Part shown: one piece after another, positions 1-9,780 of the stretch
Layout of the letters: every line of letters starts with the position of its first letter
Position numbering within the stretch: position 1 is the first letter of the stretch
Assembly: GCA_965218425.1 (NCBI GenBank)
Contig: OZ244621.1
Span: 2,304,001-2,368,000 of the forward strand
Length of the DNA stretch: 64,000 nucleotides
Reading direction: 5' to 3'
DNA from: an uncultured Candidatus Binatia bacterium
Lineage (GTDB): Bacteria > Desulfobacterota > Binatia > UBA9968 > CAXXLF01
The notes under the pieces: model-generated
Databases searched by the model: none
What the model saw: the letters and a program-made list of their open reading frames with translations, nothing else
What the model was told of the DNA's origin: nothing
Translations under genes and position numbers: made by a program

Positions 1-522
1 GGGGAGGGGGGGGATAACTGTTCTAATCTCTCGGATTTCACTTTCACTAATAGCGGGTACTGGCCCTGGTTTCGCAATTGTTGCTAAATCAAGGTGCTCC
101 AGCAGCAACAAGACGAACTGCGGGTTGCCACGACGGACGATGCAGCCCATCAGATTGTTGTCTATACAGCATGGACGCTCGACCACTCGCCTCTTGTTGG
201 TCAATAGTGCCCCGCCAACTTTAGGGAACACGATTGTTCTAGACGGGAAAATGTTTGCGCCAAGTCTTGATGCGGTACTACGAGCAACGGAGTTATTCCA
301 ACTCCCCATCACTCTGTCGTTATTGGGAAGGTTCATATCGGAGACTTTGAAAAACGGCAGTTCCAGGTTCTGTTGGCCTTGTTCCAAAATTGGAAATCCA
401 GCTCCGCTACTGAAATGCCCTAACCGCTTCAAGGCTATCACTTCCCAATGCGACGGCACATCACCGAGCCACTCGACACCGGAGGGCTTGTAGGCGGGGT
501 GAGAGTGGATTCTGGCAGTCAT
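1..522 (-). CDS. hsdS: Type I restriction-modification specificity subunit, 5' part (runs off window edge; not in ORF track)
   Basis: Manual translation from ATG at 522: MTARIHSHPAYKPSGVEWLGDVPSHWEV...FPKVGGALLTNKRR...VIPPLP. 'YKPSGVEWLGDVP.HW' is the typical HsdS N-terminus. Start overlaps the subtilase stop (ATGA). Confidence 0.92.
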   Translation of the reverse strand, partial: MTARIHSHPAYKPSGVEWLGDVPSHWEVIALKRLGHFSSGAGFPILEQGQQNLELPFFKVSDMNLPNNDRVMGSWNNSVARSTASRLGANIFPSRTIVFPKVGGALLTNKRRVVERPCCIDNNLMGCIVRRGNPQFVLLLLEHLDLATIAKPGPVPAISESEIREIRTVIPPLP

Positions 523-3111
523 GTGAGACCTGCACTTTGCACCGGGACACGAACGGCCAGCCGGTCTCTCACTTCCTGGTAGATTGGAATGTTGATTCCT
601 TCGGCAACTTCCAGCGTCACGGCCAAGCCGAACCGTATCGGAGCAGGTATATCACTGGCATCGGCACGACAGTTGACTTTGATCGCAATGGTGTCCCCGT
701 CCTGGAAGGCCACCGCCCTAGCACCTTCAAGAACCTCGTGCTGAACCGTGCTTCTTTGGACCGCAAAGCCGTCGGCGCAAACGCGGTCGGGTGCTATATC
801 GTATTTGGGATTGAACCAAAGGTGAGCGATCCGATAGTTCTGACTGGTACTGCTAACCGGAGAGATCCATGCGAGCGTAATTGTCAAACGCCTGCGCTCG
901 TTCACAGCTGACAGGCTGGGTGGCAGTGGAAGGATGAACTCAGCTCCTTCGCCATCGCTGAGTTCGCCAAACCCCAACACCGTGACGCGTTGCTCCGTGC
1001 CAGCCATGACCTTCGCGAGATCGACCGAGCCGTATCCCAAGAACCGTCCGAGGTACTCCTTGAGGACTCGGCTATTTTGGGCGTTCTTCAGGGCGGACTC
1101 GTATCGGAATCTAGCATCTGCCCAGTCTGCGCTGTGCACAAGAAGTGCTTTGATCAAAACCACGTCGAAGTCCGTGGGCAGGGGCGTGTCTAGTTGCCGG
1201 CGGAGTTGCTCGATCAGTTCATAAAGAAAGTATGCACCGCGTGCAGCAAGAGCCGCGGCATCGCTTGTGCCTCTTGTGTGCATTTTTCGGTTCAACTGCC
1301 CCGCGTTACCGGGAGTAGCAACGCAGTGTCCAGGAGGGCTAGTAAACCCGTTGGCCTGCAGAGTGGCCTTGGTATGAGGTAGTTCCCATCTTCTCGCCCA
1401 GGAACTGCCTTCCGCCTGGCAGGAAAACATCGGGCTTAATAGCGCGCCGGTATCCTGGTCCATGAGCGCTGATCACGTTCGGTAAATCTGTCCCTACAAA
1501 AGGGTCGATCAGGCGGTTCAGCGAGGGGGATGACGCATCTGCATGTACTGCCCCAATTGTGAGGCCGTTCAGCGTCTCGGCAGGTGATAACAGCCGCCGG
1601 TTACGCGTGTCCATCGCAAGCGCCTTTACCACAGCTCGTTCCCGTTCTTCGGCTGTTAGGGTGCTTAGGTCAGACCTTGGAAGGTCCAACTCAATATCCT
1701 GGAGATGATTGCCTGCACTGACTATGAACAGGATGTTGTACTTCCATGAAAGCCAGTCCAGGAGTCGCGCCCAGGAACTCATCTCACGGATAAGAGGACG
1801 CGTTTGATCGCATATGGACAGATTGATAATGCGAACGCTGAGTGCTGCTGGTGGCTCACCGTTTTCGGTCTCGTATAATCTCCGCACCGACCTATGGATC
1901 AGGTCTATTGGCAGCACATTCGTGGGTATGGCTTCCTCGATGAATCGCCCGGTAGAGTCGCGTCGGGGTTGCATGACCGGTCTCGTGTACAGCGGTTTTC
2001 CTGTCGCATCGCCGTGTTCATTGAGGTCTCCATGACAGATAAGTGATGTCATTGCGGTGCCATGCACACGCTCGTGTGCCTGGTAGGCGTTCTCGTAACC
2101 ATCCGGATCGTCGATGATCAACCGTCCGTCGAGCAGTTGGTGTCCCGTCAGAGGCATGCCGTCGAACAAGGCCACGACGGGGTCTCCCTGGGGCAGCTCT
2201 GGCTTCGGCTCATCCTGAAGAGAATCCGTCTCCTCAGAATCTTCGGACATACGAATCGCGCACTGCCCGACCGGACGCAGGTGCATTATGTCTTCGCACT
2301 GAAGCAACCTAACCTCCTGGAAGGCATGGAGTCGGTCGATGATATCCTGGACTCGGGTTCGGTGTAGTCGTCCCAGAACGGCATGGTAAGCAATGTCAGG
2401 AATGACACATTGCTGGATCACTTCACCGTTCAAGGACGCGATAATTTCGCGAATATTGGATTCAGCCTGTTCTGGGCGTCTGTCATCCGCCCTGAACCAT
2501 AACTCGATTTCGAAAGGAACGTTTTCTTGTCCGTACTGTAGGCGATCCTGCCAATCCTCCATGAGGCCGGTCTCCCGAATCCGATCCTCTGCGTCCCACG
2601 GCCGTATGGTATGGAGGCATTCGAATGCGTGTTTCCATGGAGCCAAGCCCCTGGCAAACTTCGTGTTACGATTCTTCCGCCACTCTCGAAATAAGTTATA
2701 CAATTCCTGTAACGCCTGCAGGTCAGTCATTACAAGGAAGAGTTGGCCTTTCAGTTGCTTGTCCGGACTCTTCTCATCCTCGAAGCCGTAGTCGGGAGAA
2801 ATGTCGTCGAGTTCGTATTCAGCTAACCACTCCAACCCCGACACCTTTTCCACCGCTCGGATAAAGTTCTGTATTGAGCCAATGGTTTCAATCACCAGGA
2901 CCTGTTCAGGTTGAAGGCCAAGAGGATGATCCTGAAGGGCAAGGCGTTTTTTTTCCATGTTCTCTTGAAGGCGTTGGAACTGCGGCTCCAGCCGTTCTGC
3001 CTGTCGTGATGCGTCCGGGATACTAACTTTCCCTCCGCCTCCACCACGTTTAGCGCGTTCAGTGCGGGCCGGTTCAGAAAAGACAAGAAGCGGAAGGTTG
3101 GTCTCGGCCAT
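519..3111 (-). CDS. S8 subtilisin-like serine protease (IetS-like), split by one frameshift near 1375-1385
   Basis: ORF 1339-3111 has catalytic Asp (VVALFDG), His (HGTAM), oxyanion SAGN and IKPD. ORF 519-1463 continues in another frame with catalytic Ser (RGTSDAAA) and LGYG. One extra base in ACT-A-CCT-CAT separates the frames. Confidence 0.88.
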
Positions 3112-3113
3112 GA

Positions 3114-4109
3114 TTAACTGCTTGCCTCTCTACTACTGGACTCCTTGAGTGTGAACCGCTTCTTCCAATGGTACAGGTGCTGTTCAACCATATGCTTAAT
3201 GTTCCCACCCGGCTGTTCCAATACGATTTTTCGGAGGATGTCAGTCCCGAAGTCCTCGACTTCCGCGAAGCTCAAGCCCCGCATTCGCTGTCCGAGACTA
3301 CGCGGGGATAGCCCGAGCGGATGTCCGGTCCGCTTCTCGAACCGATTGAACCACTCCTCAATCTGACTTTGAGTGGGCTGCGGGAGCTCCAATCGAATCT
3401 GGAAGCGGCGCCATACGGCACGGTCGAGAAGTTCAGGATGGTTGCTGGCCGTCACGACCACTACGTAGCTGGGAAGGGCATCGATCTGGAGCAGCAGCGA
3501 ACTCACGACTCGCTTAATCTCTCCGGTTTCGTGCAGGTCACCGCGTTCCTTTCCCACCGAGTCGAACTCGTCGAAGAACAGCACACAGTGGCGAGATCTG
3601 GCGTGCTCGAAGACTTGGCTTATCCTTTGCGCAGTCTCGCCCAGGTAGCTGCCGATGACTGCTTCATAGCGGACTACCATGAATGGAACGCTCAAGGCGT
3701 CGGCAAGTGCCTCCGCCAGAGTGGTCTTGCCATTCCCTGGAGGCCCGGCAAGCAGTATGCGGTTGCGCGGTTCGAGGTTGTACGACCGAAGCAGATCGGC
3801 GCGGTGCTGTTCGGTCACCAGTTCGCGAATGGTTTCCTCAGCATCGGCGGATAGTATAAGATCCTGCAGGCGGCGTACCGGGACAACATCTGCCACGAGA
3901 GGACCTGCCACCGAATGGGACGACCGTGACGCTGGCTGCGCATAGCGACCGTTCTCGATCTGAAGCTGCGCAAGCAACCGATCGGCTAGAATGGTGTGGT
4001 TCTTCGCACGCTCGTCGGCAGCCAGTGCCTCGACGGTCTTCCGGACTTGGCTCTCGTCGCCTTGTCTACTGGCCTTTATCAGGCTCAGGATCAAGTCTGA
4101 TCGTGCCAT
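3114..4109 (-). CDS. AAA+ ATPase (IetA-like partner of the subtilase)
   Basis: Walker A GPPGNGKT, Walker B LFFDEFD, SRH 'ASNHPELLDRAVWRRF', 'GEIKRVVSSLL'; directly upstream of an S8 protease. Confidence 0.92.
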   Translation of the reverse strand: MARSDLILSLIKASRQGDESQVRKTVEALAADERAKNHTILADRLLAQLQIENGRYAQPASRSSHSVAGPLVADVVPVRRLQDLILSADAEETIRELVTEQHRADLLRSYNLEPRNRILLAGPPGNGKTTLAEALADALSVPFMVVRYEAVIGSYLGETAQRISQVFEHARSRHCVLFFDEFDSVGKERGDLHETGEIKRVVSSLLLQIDALPSYVVVVTASNHPELLDRAVWRRFQIRLELPQPTQSQIEEWFNRFEKRTGHPLGLSPRSLGQRMRGLSFAEVEDFGTDILRKIVLEQPGGNIKHMVEQHLYHWKKRFTLKESSSREASS

Positions 4110-4111
4110 GG

Positions 4112-6121
4112 TTATCTCCTGTTACTCTCGGCAGGACGGTTAGACGTTTCGGCTGCCATAATCTTCTGTAGCAACCCCTCGGTTTCCTTCTCCACTGCCA
4201 GAATATCCGCCCGGATCTCTTCCAGCGTGCGCAGCGGCTGCGGCTTGTAGAAGTAGCGGGTGAAGCTGATCTCGTAGCCGGTCTTGACGCTCGCCGGGTC
4301 GTACCAGGCGTCAGGGGCATAGGGCAGCACCTCGCGGCGAAGGAATGCTTCAATTCCGCCTTCCTCCAACAGCGGCGCCTGCTCGGTGTCCCGCAGGTCG
4401 GTGTCCGGCTCGTACTCGACGACAGCCGGCTTGCCTTTGACGGTCGCCTCGAACAGGCCGCGCAGGGGGTCGGGCTCGACGCCCTTCCTGTGGATCTTCT
4501 TGATGACGGGCGGCGCGCTCTCGTCCCTCTCGGCGGTCTCCTTGAGCGCCTTGATCTCCTTCGGCGCGTAGACGCGGTCGGGGTCTATCCCCGTGAGCCG
4601 GAGGGGCCGCTCGACCGTCACCTTCCGATACCCGAAGGCGGCGTTCGGGAAGATCTTCGACTGCTCGGTCTCCTCGAAGGCCAGGAACGTGTCGCAGATG
4701 CGCTGGATGTCCTCGTCGGACAGCTCGCAGTTCTTCTTGCCGAGGTTCTTCCGGAGCGGCTTGTACCAGGGCGCGGCGTCGATGAGCTGGACCTTGCCTT
4801 GGCGATGGGCGGGTTTCCGGTTGGTCAGCACCCAGATGTAGGTGGCGATGCCGGTGTTGTAGAACATGTTGAGCGGCAGCGCGACGATCGCCTCCAGCCA
4901 GTCGTTTTCGATGATTCAGCGGCGGATGTTGCTCTCCCCCTGACCGGCGTCTCCGGTAAAGAGCGACGAGCCGTTGTGGACCTCGGCGATGCGGCTTCCC
5001 AGAGGGGCGCCGTGCTTCATCTTCGAGAGCATGTTCGCCAGGAACAGCATCTGACCGTCGCTGGAGCGGGTGATGAGCGAGTACTCGGCATCGCCGCCGT
5101 GTTCGATCAGAAAGCGCCGGTCCTTGATACCCTCCTTGCCGCCCAGGCGCTCCAGGTCGCTCTTCCAGCTCTTGCCGTAGGGCGGGTTGGAGAGCATGAA
5201 GTCGAACTCGCGGGACGGAAAGGCGTCGTTGGAGAGCGTCGAGTGTTCCGGCCCCCCGATGATGTTGTCGGCGGCTTCCCCCTCGCCCTTGAGGAGGAGG
5301 TCAGCCTTGGCGATGGCGTAGGTCTCGGCGTTGATCTCCTGGCCGTAGAGATGGGTGGCCGCCTGCTTGCCGCGCTGCCCGGCAATCTGCGTCAACGCCT
5401 CCTCGGCCACCGTCAACATGCCTCCGGTGCCGCAGGCGCCGTCGTATACCAGGTAGGTCCCGGAGTCGATCCGGTCGGCGACAGGCAGGAGGACCAGCTT
5501 CGCCATGAGCTGCACGGCATCGCGGGGGGTCCAGTGCTCGCCGGCCTCCTCGTTGTTCTCCTCGTTGAAGCGGCGGACCAGCTCCTCGAAGACCGTGCCC
5601 ATCGCGTGGTTATCGAGGCCGGGGTGTTTGATCGACCCGTCGCCGTGGAGGACCGGGTGCGGACTCAGGTTCACGTCCGGCGAAAGGAACTTCTCGATCA
5701 GCGTGCCGAGGGCGTCGGCCTTGGACAGGCGGGGGATCTGGTTCCGAAACTCGAACTTCTCCAGGATGTCCTGCACGTTCGGCGAGAAGCCGTCGAGATA
5801 CGCCTCGAAGTCGGCCTTGAGCTGCTGTTGGCCGGCGCGGGCCTTGAGGTCGGGCAGCGTGAACTTCGATGTGTTGTGGAACGCCTGGCCGGCGGCCTGA
5901 CGCAGTGCCTGGTCCTGGTGGATGATCTTCGCCTGGTCGAGCGAGGCCTTCATCTCCAGCACGGCCGGCTTGCTCGGCTCCAGGAGGGAGTCGAGCCGCC
6001 GCAGCACGGTCATGGGCAAGATCACATCCCGATACTTGCCGCGGACGTAGAGGTCTCGCAGCACGTCATCCGCGATGCCCCAGATGAAGTTGGCGATCCA
6101 GCCGAGTTGAGATTGGTCCAC
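4112..6121 (-). pseudogene. hsdM: Type I RM N6-adenine methyltransferase subunit with one in-frame TGA at 4916-4918
   Basis: N-terminus 'IANFIWGIADDVLRD...KYRDVILP', motif I YDGACGTGGML, motif IV NPPY. ORFs 4916-6172 and 4112-4867 are in the same frame: ESNIRR*IIENDWLEAIVALP, where W is expected. GTG start at 6121 is inferred. Confidence 0.9.
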
Positions 6122-6511
6122 GGGAATCCTGGAAAGGCTCTGCCGGGATGTCCTTTTCGGCCGCCCCGGCACGTATTATTTAAGGTAACCGATCCACGGC
6201 CGCGATACAATGTATTGTATTGGGCCGCCACATCTTGCACTCTTCGGGTCTTCGCGTGCTCAATGAGATGAGCCAACCCCCCGGGTGCAATGTCTTCGCA
6301 ATAAGCTTCCCTGAAGGCTGTGGTCGGGACAATCGCTGACTTGTTCAGCGCCTCGATACCGTAGCAGCGTCCCCTCCGGTCACTACCGCTTTTTTGGTGT
6401 AGTTCGATCAATCGAAATGAACGAAACACGTTATCTACTGCACAAGACGTGACCCAGTGTTGCGCTCGGCGACGTCGTAGGCTCAGAATGAGGCGCCGCC
6501 CACCCCGATTT

Positions 6512-6536
6512 AACGGCCCTGAAAGGGCCGTTTTTC
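6512..6536 (+). terminator. Perfect hairpin with T-run (terminator-like or REP-like)
   Basis: AACGGCCCT-GAA-AGGGCCGTT followed by TTT. Confidence 0.4.
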
Positions 6537-6754
6537 GACCCCTAAATGCCCCGGAAAATCCGGCCGGTTTCCGGCCCATTTCCAATTATTTCCGTCCGCC
6601 TACGCTCAATCGGTCAATCCCCCGGCGTGCTCTTCTACGTTTCATGATGCGATAGTAGGCGCCAGGGCACTCGATCCGCAGTGGACGTGACATGCGTGGG
6701 ACTCACTACGGCCAAGTTATCGCTATTCGTCCACCGATTATCACCCGGTCTCAC

Positions 6755-7546
6755 TTACTTGACAGTATCGAACCCGGCCATGTCCTTCGCCCGCGAGGGC
6801 TCGATCCGTTCGACTCCGTCGTCATCGACGGTGAAAAAAGACCTCTCCTCGTACATGCAGCCGGACGGGCAGTCGCCCCAAGCCCTACGGAAGATGACAT
6901 GCCAGGTCCCGCGCGACTTCGTTGCTTCGATATCGGAACCATCTCCAAGCAGCACATCGGGCTCCGCGTAGCTGACGCACTCCATCGCCTGGTAAGCCCT
7001 CCTCGCTGCGTCGATGTTCAGCGGTTCGTCGAAGTACATGGCGACCACACCGGTGGAGAAGAACGGCCGCACGGCCCACAGACCTAGTTTTGCATTGAGG
7101 GCATCGAACTCCGCGCGTGCGGTGCGGAGCGGGACGGAACCGCGTTCATCGTCAAGGAGACCGGACACGGCTTCCAACAGCTTCGGCTCCAGACCGAGAA
7201 GAAGCGTCCCGAGCTTATGATCCTCCCGTGCGGAGATCTCCGCCATCGCCGGATACGCGTCTCGGATCCGCGCCAGAACCCGCCCGATCTCGCGGCCGAG
7301 CTCGCGTCGCCGACTTGCGTCCAACAACAAGTCATCGCTTTCTCTTCGCAGGATGCGATCGGCCAGAACGGCAGCTTCCGTGGAGGCCGACGGTTGCCAG
7401 GGGTCCGCGCGGGCGAAGATCCGGACTTCGGCCTCTGCCGATGCTTCCGGGGGCGATGCGCCGCAGCCTGCCAGGGCCAGGGCGCAGCACGCCGCAAACC
7501 CGAAGCAAATCCACTCGGTCGGCCCTTTCAGACGTGACAGATCCAT
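6755..7546 (-). CDS. Hypothetical lipoprotein with C-terminal WGDCPSGC motif
   Basis: Hydrophobic leader ending in lipobox LAGC; GC-rich codon pattern; start at 7546 is inferred. Confidence 0.7.
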   Translation of the reverse strand: MDLSRLKGPTEWICFGFAACCALALAGCGASPPEASAEAEVRIFARADPWQPSASTEAAVLADRILRRESDDLLLDASRRRELGREIGRVLARIRDAYPAMAEISAREDHKLGTLLLGLEPKLLEAVSGLLDDERGSVPLRTARAEFDALNAKLGLWAVRPFFSTGVVAMYFDEPLNIDAARRAYQAMECVSYAEPDVLLGDGSDIEATKSRGTWHVIFRRAWGDCPSGCMYEERSFFTVDDDGVERIEPSRAKDMAGFDTVK

Positions 7547-7679
7547 CTCGAACGAAACACTCCTTAGCCGGCTGCCGACAATAAAGTATTTTAATTTATA
7601 TAGCAACGGCATGTTCCCAGGACGCAAAGGCAAGTGGTCGGCTATTTCGATAATGCTGAGATGACACTAAATGACGAGC

Positions 7680-7870
7680 CGGATTCAAATTGAACTCACA
7701 GGCGTGAAGTATATTGAGCGGCTCGACCTGAAAATCGTCGAACAGAATCTGCCGATAGCTATCAACAATTAGATCGCCCCGCCTTGGTTCACGCGAAGGG
7801 AACGGAATGACCGGGCATATTTCGTCTGGCCGCAGTTTTTCGCGGATCAAGGACAAGCGTTCGGCCAGTC
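7680..7870 (-). pseudogene. Internal fragment of a protein-coding gene, possibly defence-associated
   Basis: Reads RLAERLSLIREKLRPDEICPVIPFPSREPRRGDLIVDSYRQILFDDFQVEPLNILHACEFN; protein-like, with no credible start or end. Confidence 0.45.
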
Positions 7871-8006
7871 TTGAACAGCTTTGTACCGCTATATTGTCTC
7901 CAGATAATAACGTTCCGTAACGGCTATATAAAGCTTTTAATCATGTGGAGGTATCCGGAGTGCAGGATTACCCGTCTTCAGTTGTCCGGCAAAATAACCG
8001 ACTGAA

Positions 8007-8147
8007 GCCTAACATTCGTTGCTACCTGTAGAGGTCAACACAGGTATTCGAACAGAAAACAAAATGAAATTGGCATTGAAGTCAGGTATGATTTTTCGTA
8101 TTTCGAACCTGCCACAAAATAGAAAGCCGCACGAAAATTGGTTAGCC
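8007..8147. repeat. attC-like imperfect palindrome (141 bp)
   Basis: GCCTAAC...GTTAGCC termini; inner pairs TTCGTTGC/GCACGAA and CAGGTATTCGAA/TTCGAACCTG. Confidence 0.35.
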
Positions 8148-8337
8148 CCGCCGATGGAATCGGTATGGGGCATAACCCGCCCGGTACTGAGGACCGAGGT
8201 GCACGTTCGGTTCCCGGCTCAACTCCGCCGCCCGCTCCAGGTCCCCCGCCTGGTGCGCTTCCTTCCGTCGATCCACGGGCTTTCGCCGGGCGCCGTCGCT
8301 GCCTTGCTCCGATCGACCGGCCCGCAGGGTCACAGAC

Positions 8338-9189
8338 CTACTCCACCGCTGCGATCCATTCCTTCTTCCAGGCCCCGACGCTCTTCCCTGTGACCCTCAA
8401 GATGCTTCCCCCGGTATCGCTGGCGGAATAGATCCGCATGATTTTCGAAACGCCTGTGTTCTTTAGGAGATAGCCGACGTAGGAGCCGGCAAAGATGTAG
8501 AACATCCGGCGCACGCGCCGATCATGAAATCCCGGAACGCCGTTTTTACCGATGAGATCCAAGGCTTCCAACGCCGTGTGTCGCCCCTCACGCAGCAGGT
8601 CTCGCGTCAATTCGTCAATCGGCGTGCCGAAATTCGGGAACGCCGGAAAGCCATCCAAGCGGTCGTTCAGATGCGCCGCCAGCCCCTCCTTCAGCCACAG
8701 TGCGTGCCAATCCCAACCGATAATATGAACCGTCTCGTGAAGAAAGGGCGTCCGCTGTTGCTTGGCGAAAGAGAGGAAGATGATGGGATGTAGGTATTTT
8801 CGGGGCTGGTAGCCGGTTATCGTGTGCGAAGGCTTGCGTCGGCTATGGACGAAATATTCGATCCTCTTCTGCTTATAGATATTGCTTGGAAACTTGACCC
8901 CCAAGAACGCTTCAACTTCGGCAATCCCCTTGTCGATCCGGCGATGCAGCTGTCGCGAAACGTCCTTGGAGAGGTAATCCGCTTCCACCCAGACAATGGA
9001 ACGTTCGGAGACAAGCTTTTGCCCGCTCTCTTTGATGGACTCGATCATGCGGATGTCGCGGCACTTCCCTGCGATTGGCCCGTGCAGGCATTCTGCGGCC
9101 TGTCCTCTCCCCGCCTGAGTGGCTATGAGAGCGCAGCCTATGACCAACGCCGAGCGCCGAATGGGCCATGTTTTCCATACGCCCCGCAT
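8338..9189 (-). CDS. Secreted gluzincin-type metallopeptidase (peptidase MA-like)
   Basis: Signal-like N-terminus; HETVH motif followed by WLKEGLA third zinc ligand. Confidence 0.75.
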   Translation of the reverse strand: MRGVWKTWPIRRSALVIGCALIATQAGRGQAAECLHGPIAGKCRDIRMIESIKESGQKLVSERSIVWVEADYLSKDVSRQLHRRIDKGIAEVEAFLGVKFPSNIYKQKRIEYFVHSRRKPSHTITGYQPRKYLHPIIFLSFAKQQRTPFLHETVHIIGWDWHALWLKEGLAAHLNDRLDGFPAFPNFGTPIDELTRDLLREGRHTALEALDLIGKNGVPGFHDRRVRRMFYIFAGSYVGYLLKNTGVSKIMRIYSASDTGGSILRVTGKSVGAWKKEWIAAVE

Positions 9190-9320
9190 GATCGTCCTTT
9201 TTTAAAATTAACCCGATTCCGCTCTTCCAGTCAACATAGCCCCTGGTAGTGGTTCAGTCTGAGCCGTCGGAAAAGAGTTTTCCCGTTGACCGTCATACTT
9301 GCTGGGGTAATATTCAATGC

Positions 9321-9545
9321 ATGCCAACCAAAGGACCGGGTAAGAAGCGAGACTTCACACAGATCGCCAAAGCCATCATCGACAAGGTGACCGGCAACAC
9401 CCCACCAGAGAAACCGGATACCAGAAACCCGCACTCTGTCGCGCTGAGCAGGCTATGCGCGAGCAAAAGAGGGTAAGCGCGGGCCAAAAGCCTTTCAGCG
9501 AAGCGACGAAGGGAAATAGCTCAAAATGCAGTACTGGTGGCGAGC
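9321..9545 (+). pseudogene. Small basic protein of a type often found beside IS transposases, with an in-frame stop
   Basis: MPTKGPGKKRDFTQIAKAIIDKVTG...NPHSVALSRLCASKRG*ARAKSLSAKRRREIAQNA resembles the 'NPAAVALGRLGGLKGGKARA..LS..RR.EIA' family as I recall it. Confidence 0.6.
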
Positions 9546-9735
9546 AGCAGGCAGAATATCATATTTGGAAAGGCGTTAAAGATTCCCCCTTGTCCCCGGA
9601 GAGGGATGCCGCTTGCTTACAGCCGGTAAGTGCTTGTTGACCCGACAATCAAAAAACCGCCGCTATCGAGGCCACGGAATCCGTTGGGTCAAATGTCGAT
9701 CAACGTCCGATCGCCCTCCGGCATAGCGGCATTGA

Positions 9736-9759
9736 GCGGCAACTGGAGTCAGTTGCCGC
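9736..9759. terminator. Perfect hairpin just downstream of the solute-binding protein gene
   Basis: GCGGCAACTG-GAGT-CAGTTGCCGC. Confidence 0.5.
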
Positions 9760-9780
9760 CGTCTGCCGTTATTCTTGACC

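Noticed and set aside
125..493. 122-aa plus-strand ORF
   Set aside because: Antisense to hsdS, which has clear family motifs.
4916..4918. TGA read as Trp or selenocysteine in hsdM
   Set aside because: TGA terminates many intact genes here, TGG is used for Trp in the same gene, and the expected residue is Trp rather than Cys.
4490..6271. 593-aa plus-strand ORF
   Set aside because: Antisense shadow of GC-rich hsdM; no recognisable motifs.
6022..6585. 187-aa ORF upstream of hsdM as a regulator
   Set aside because: Overlaps hsdM out of frame, shows no HTH or other motif, and spans a hairpin and promoter-like DNA.
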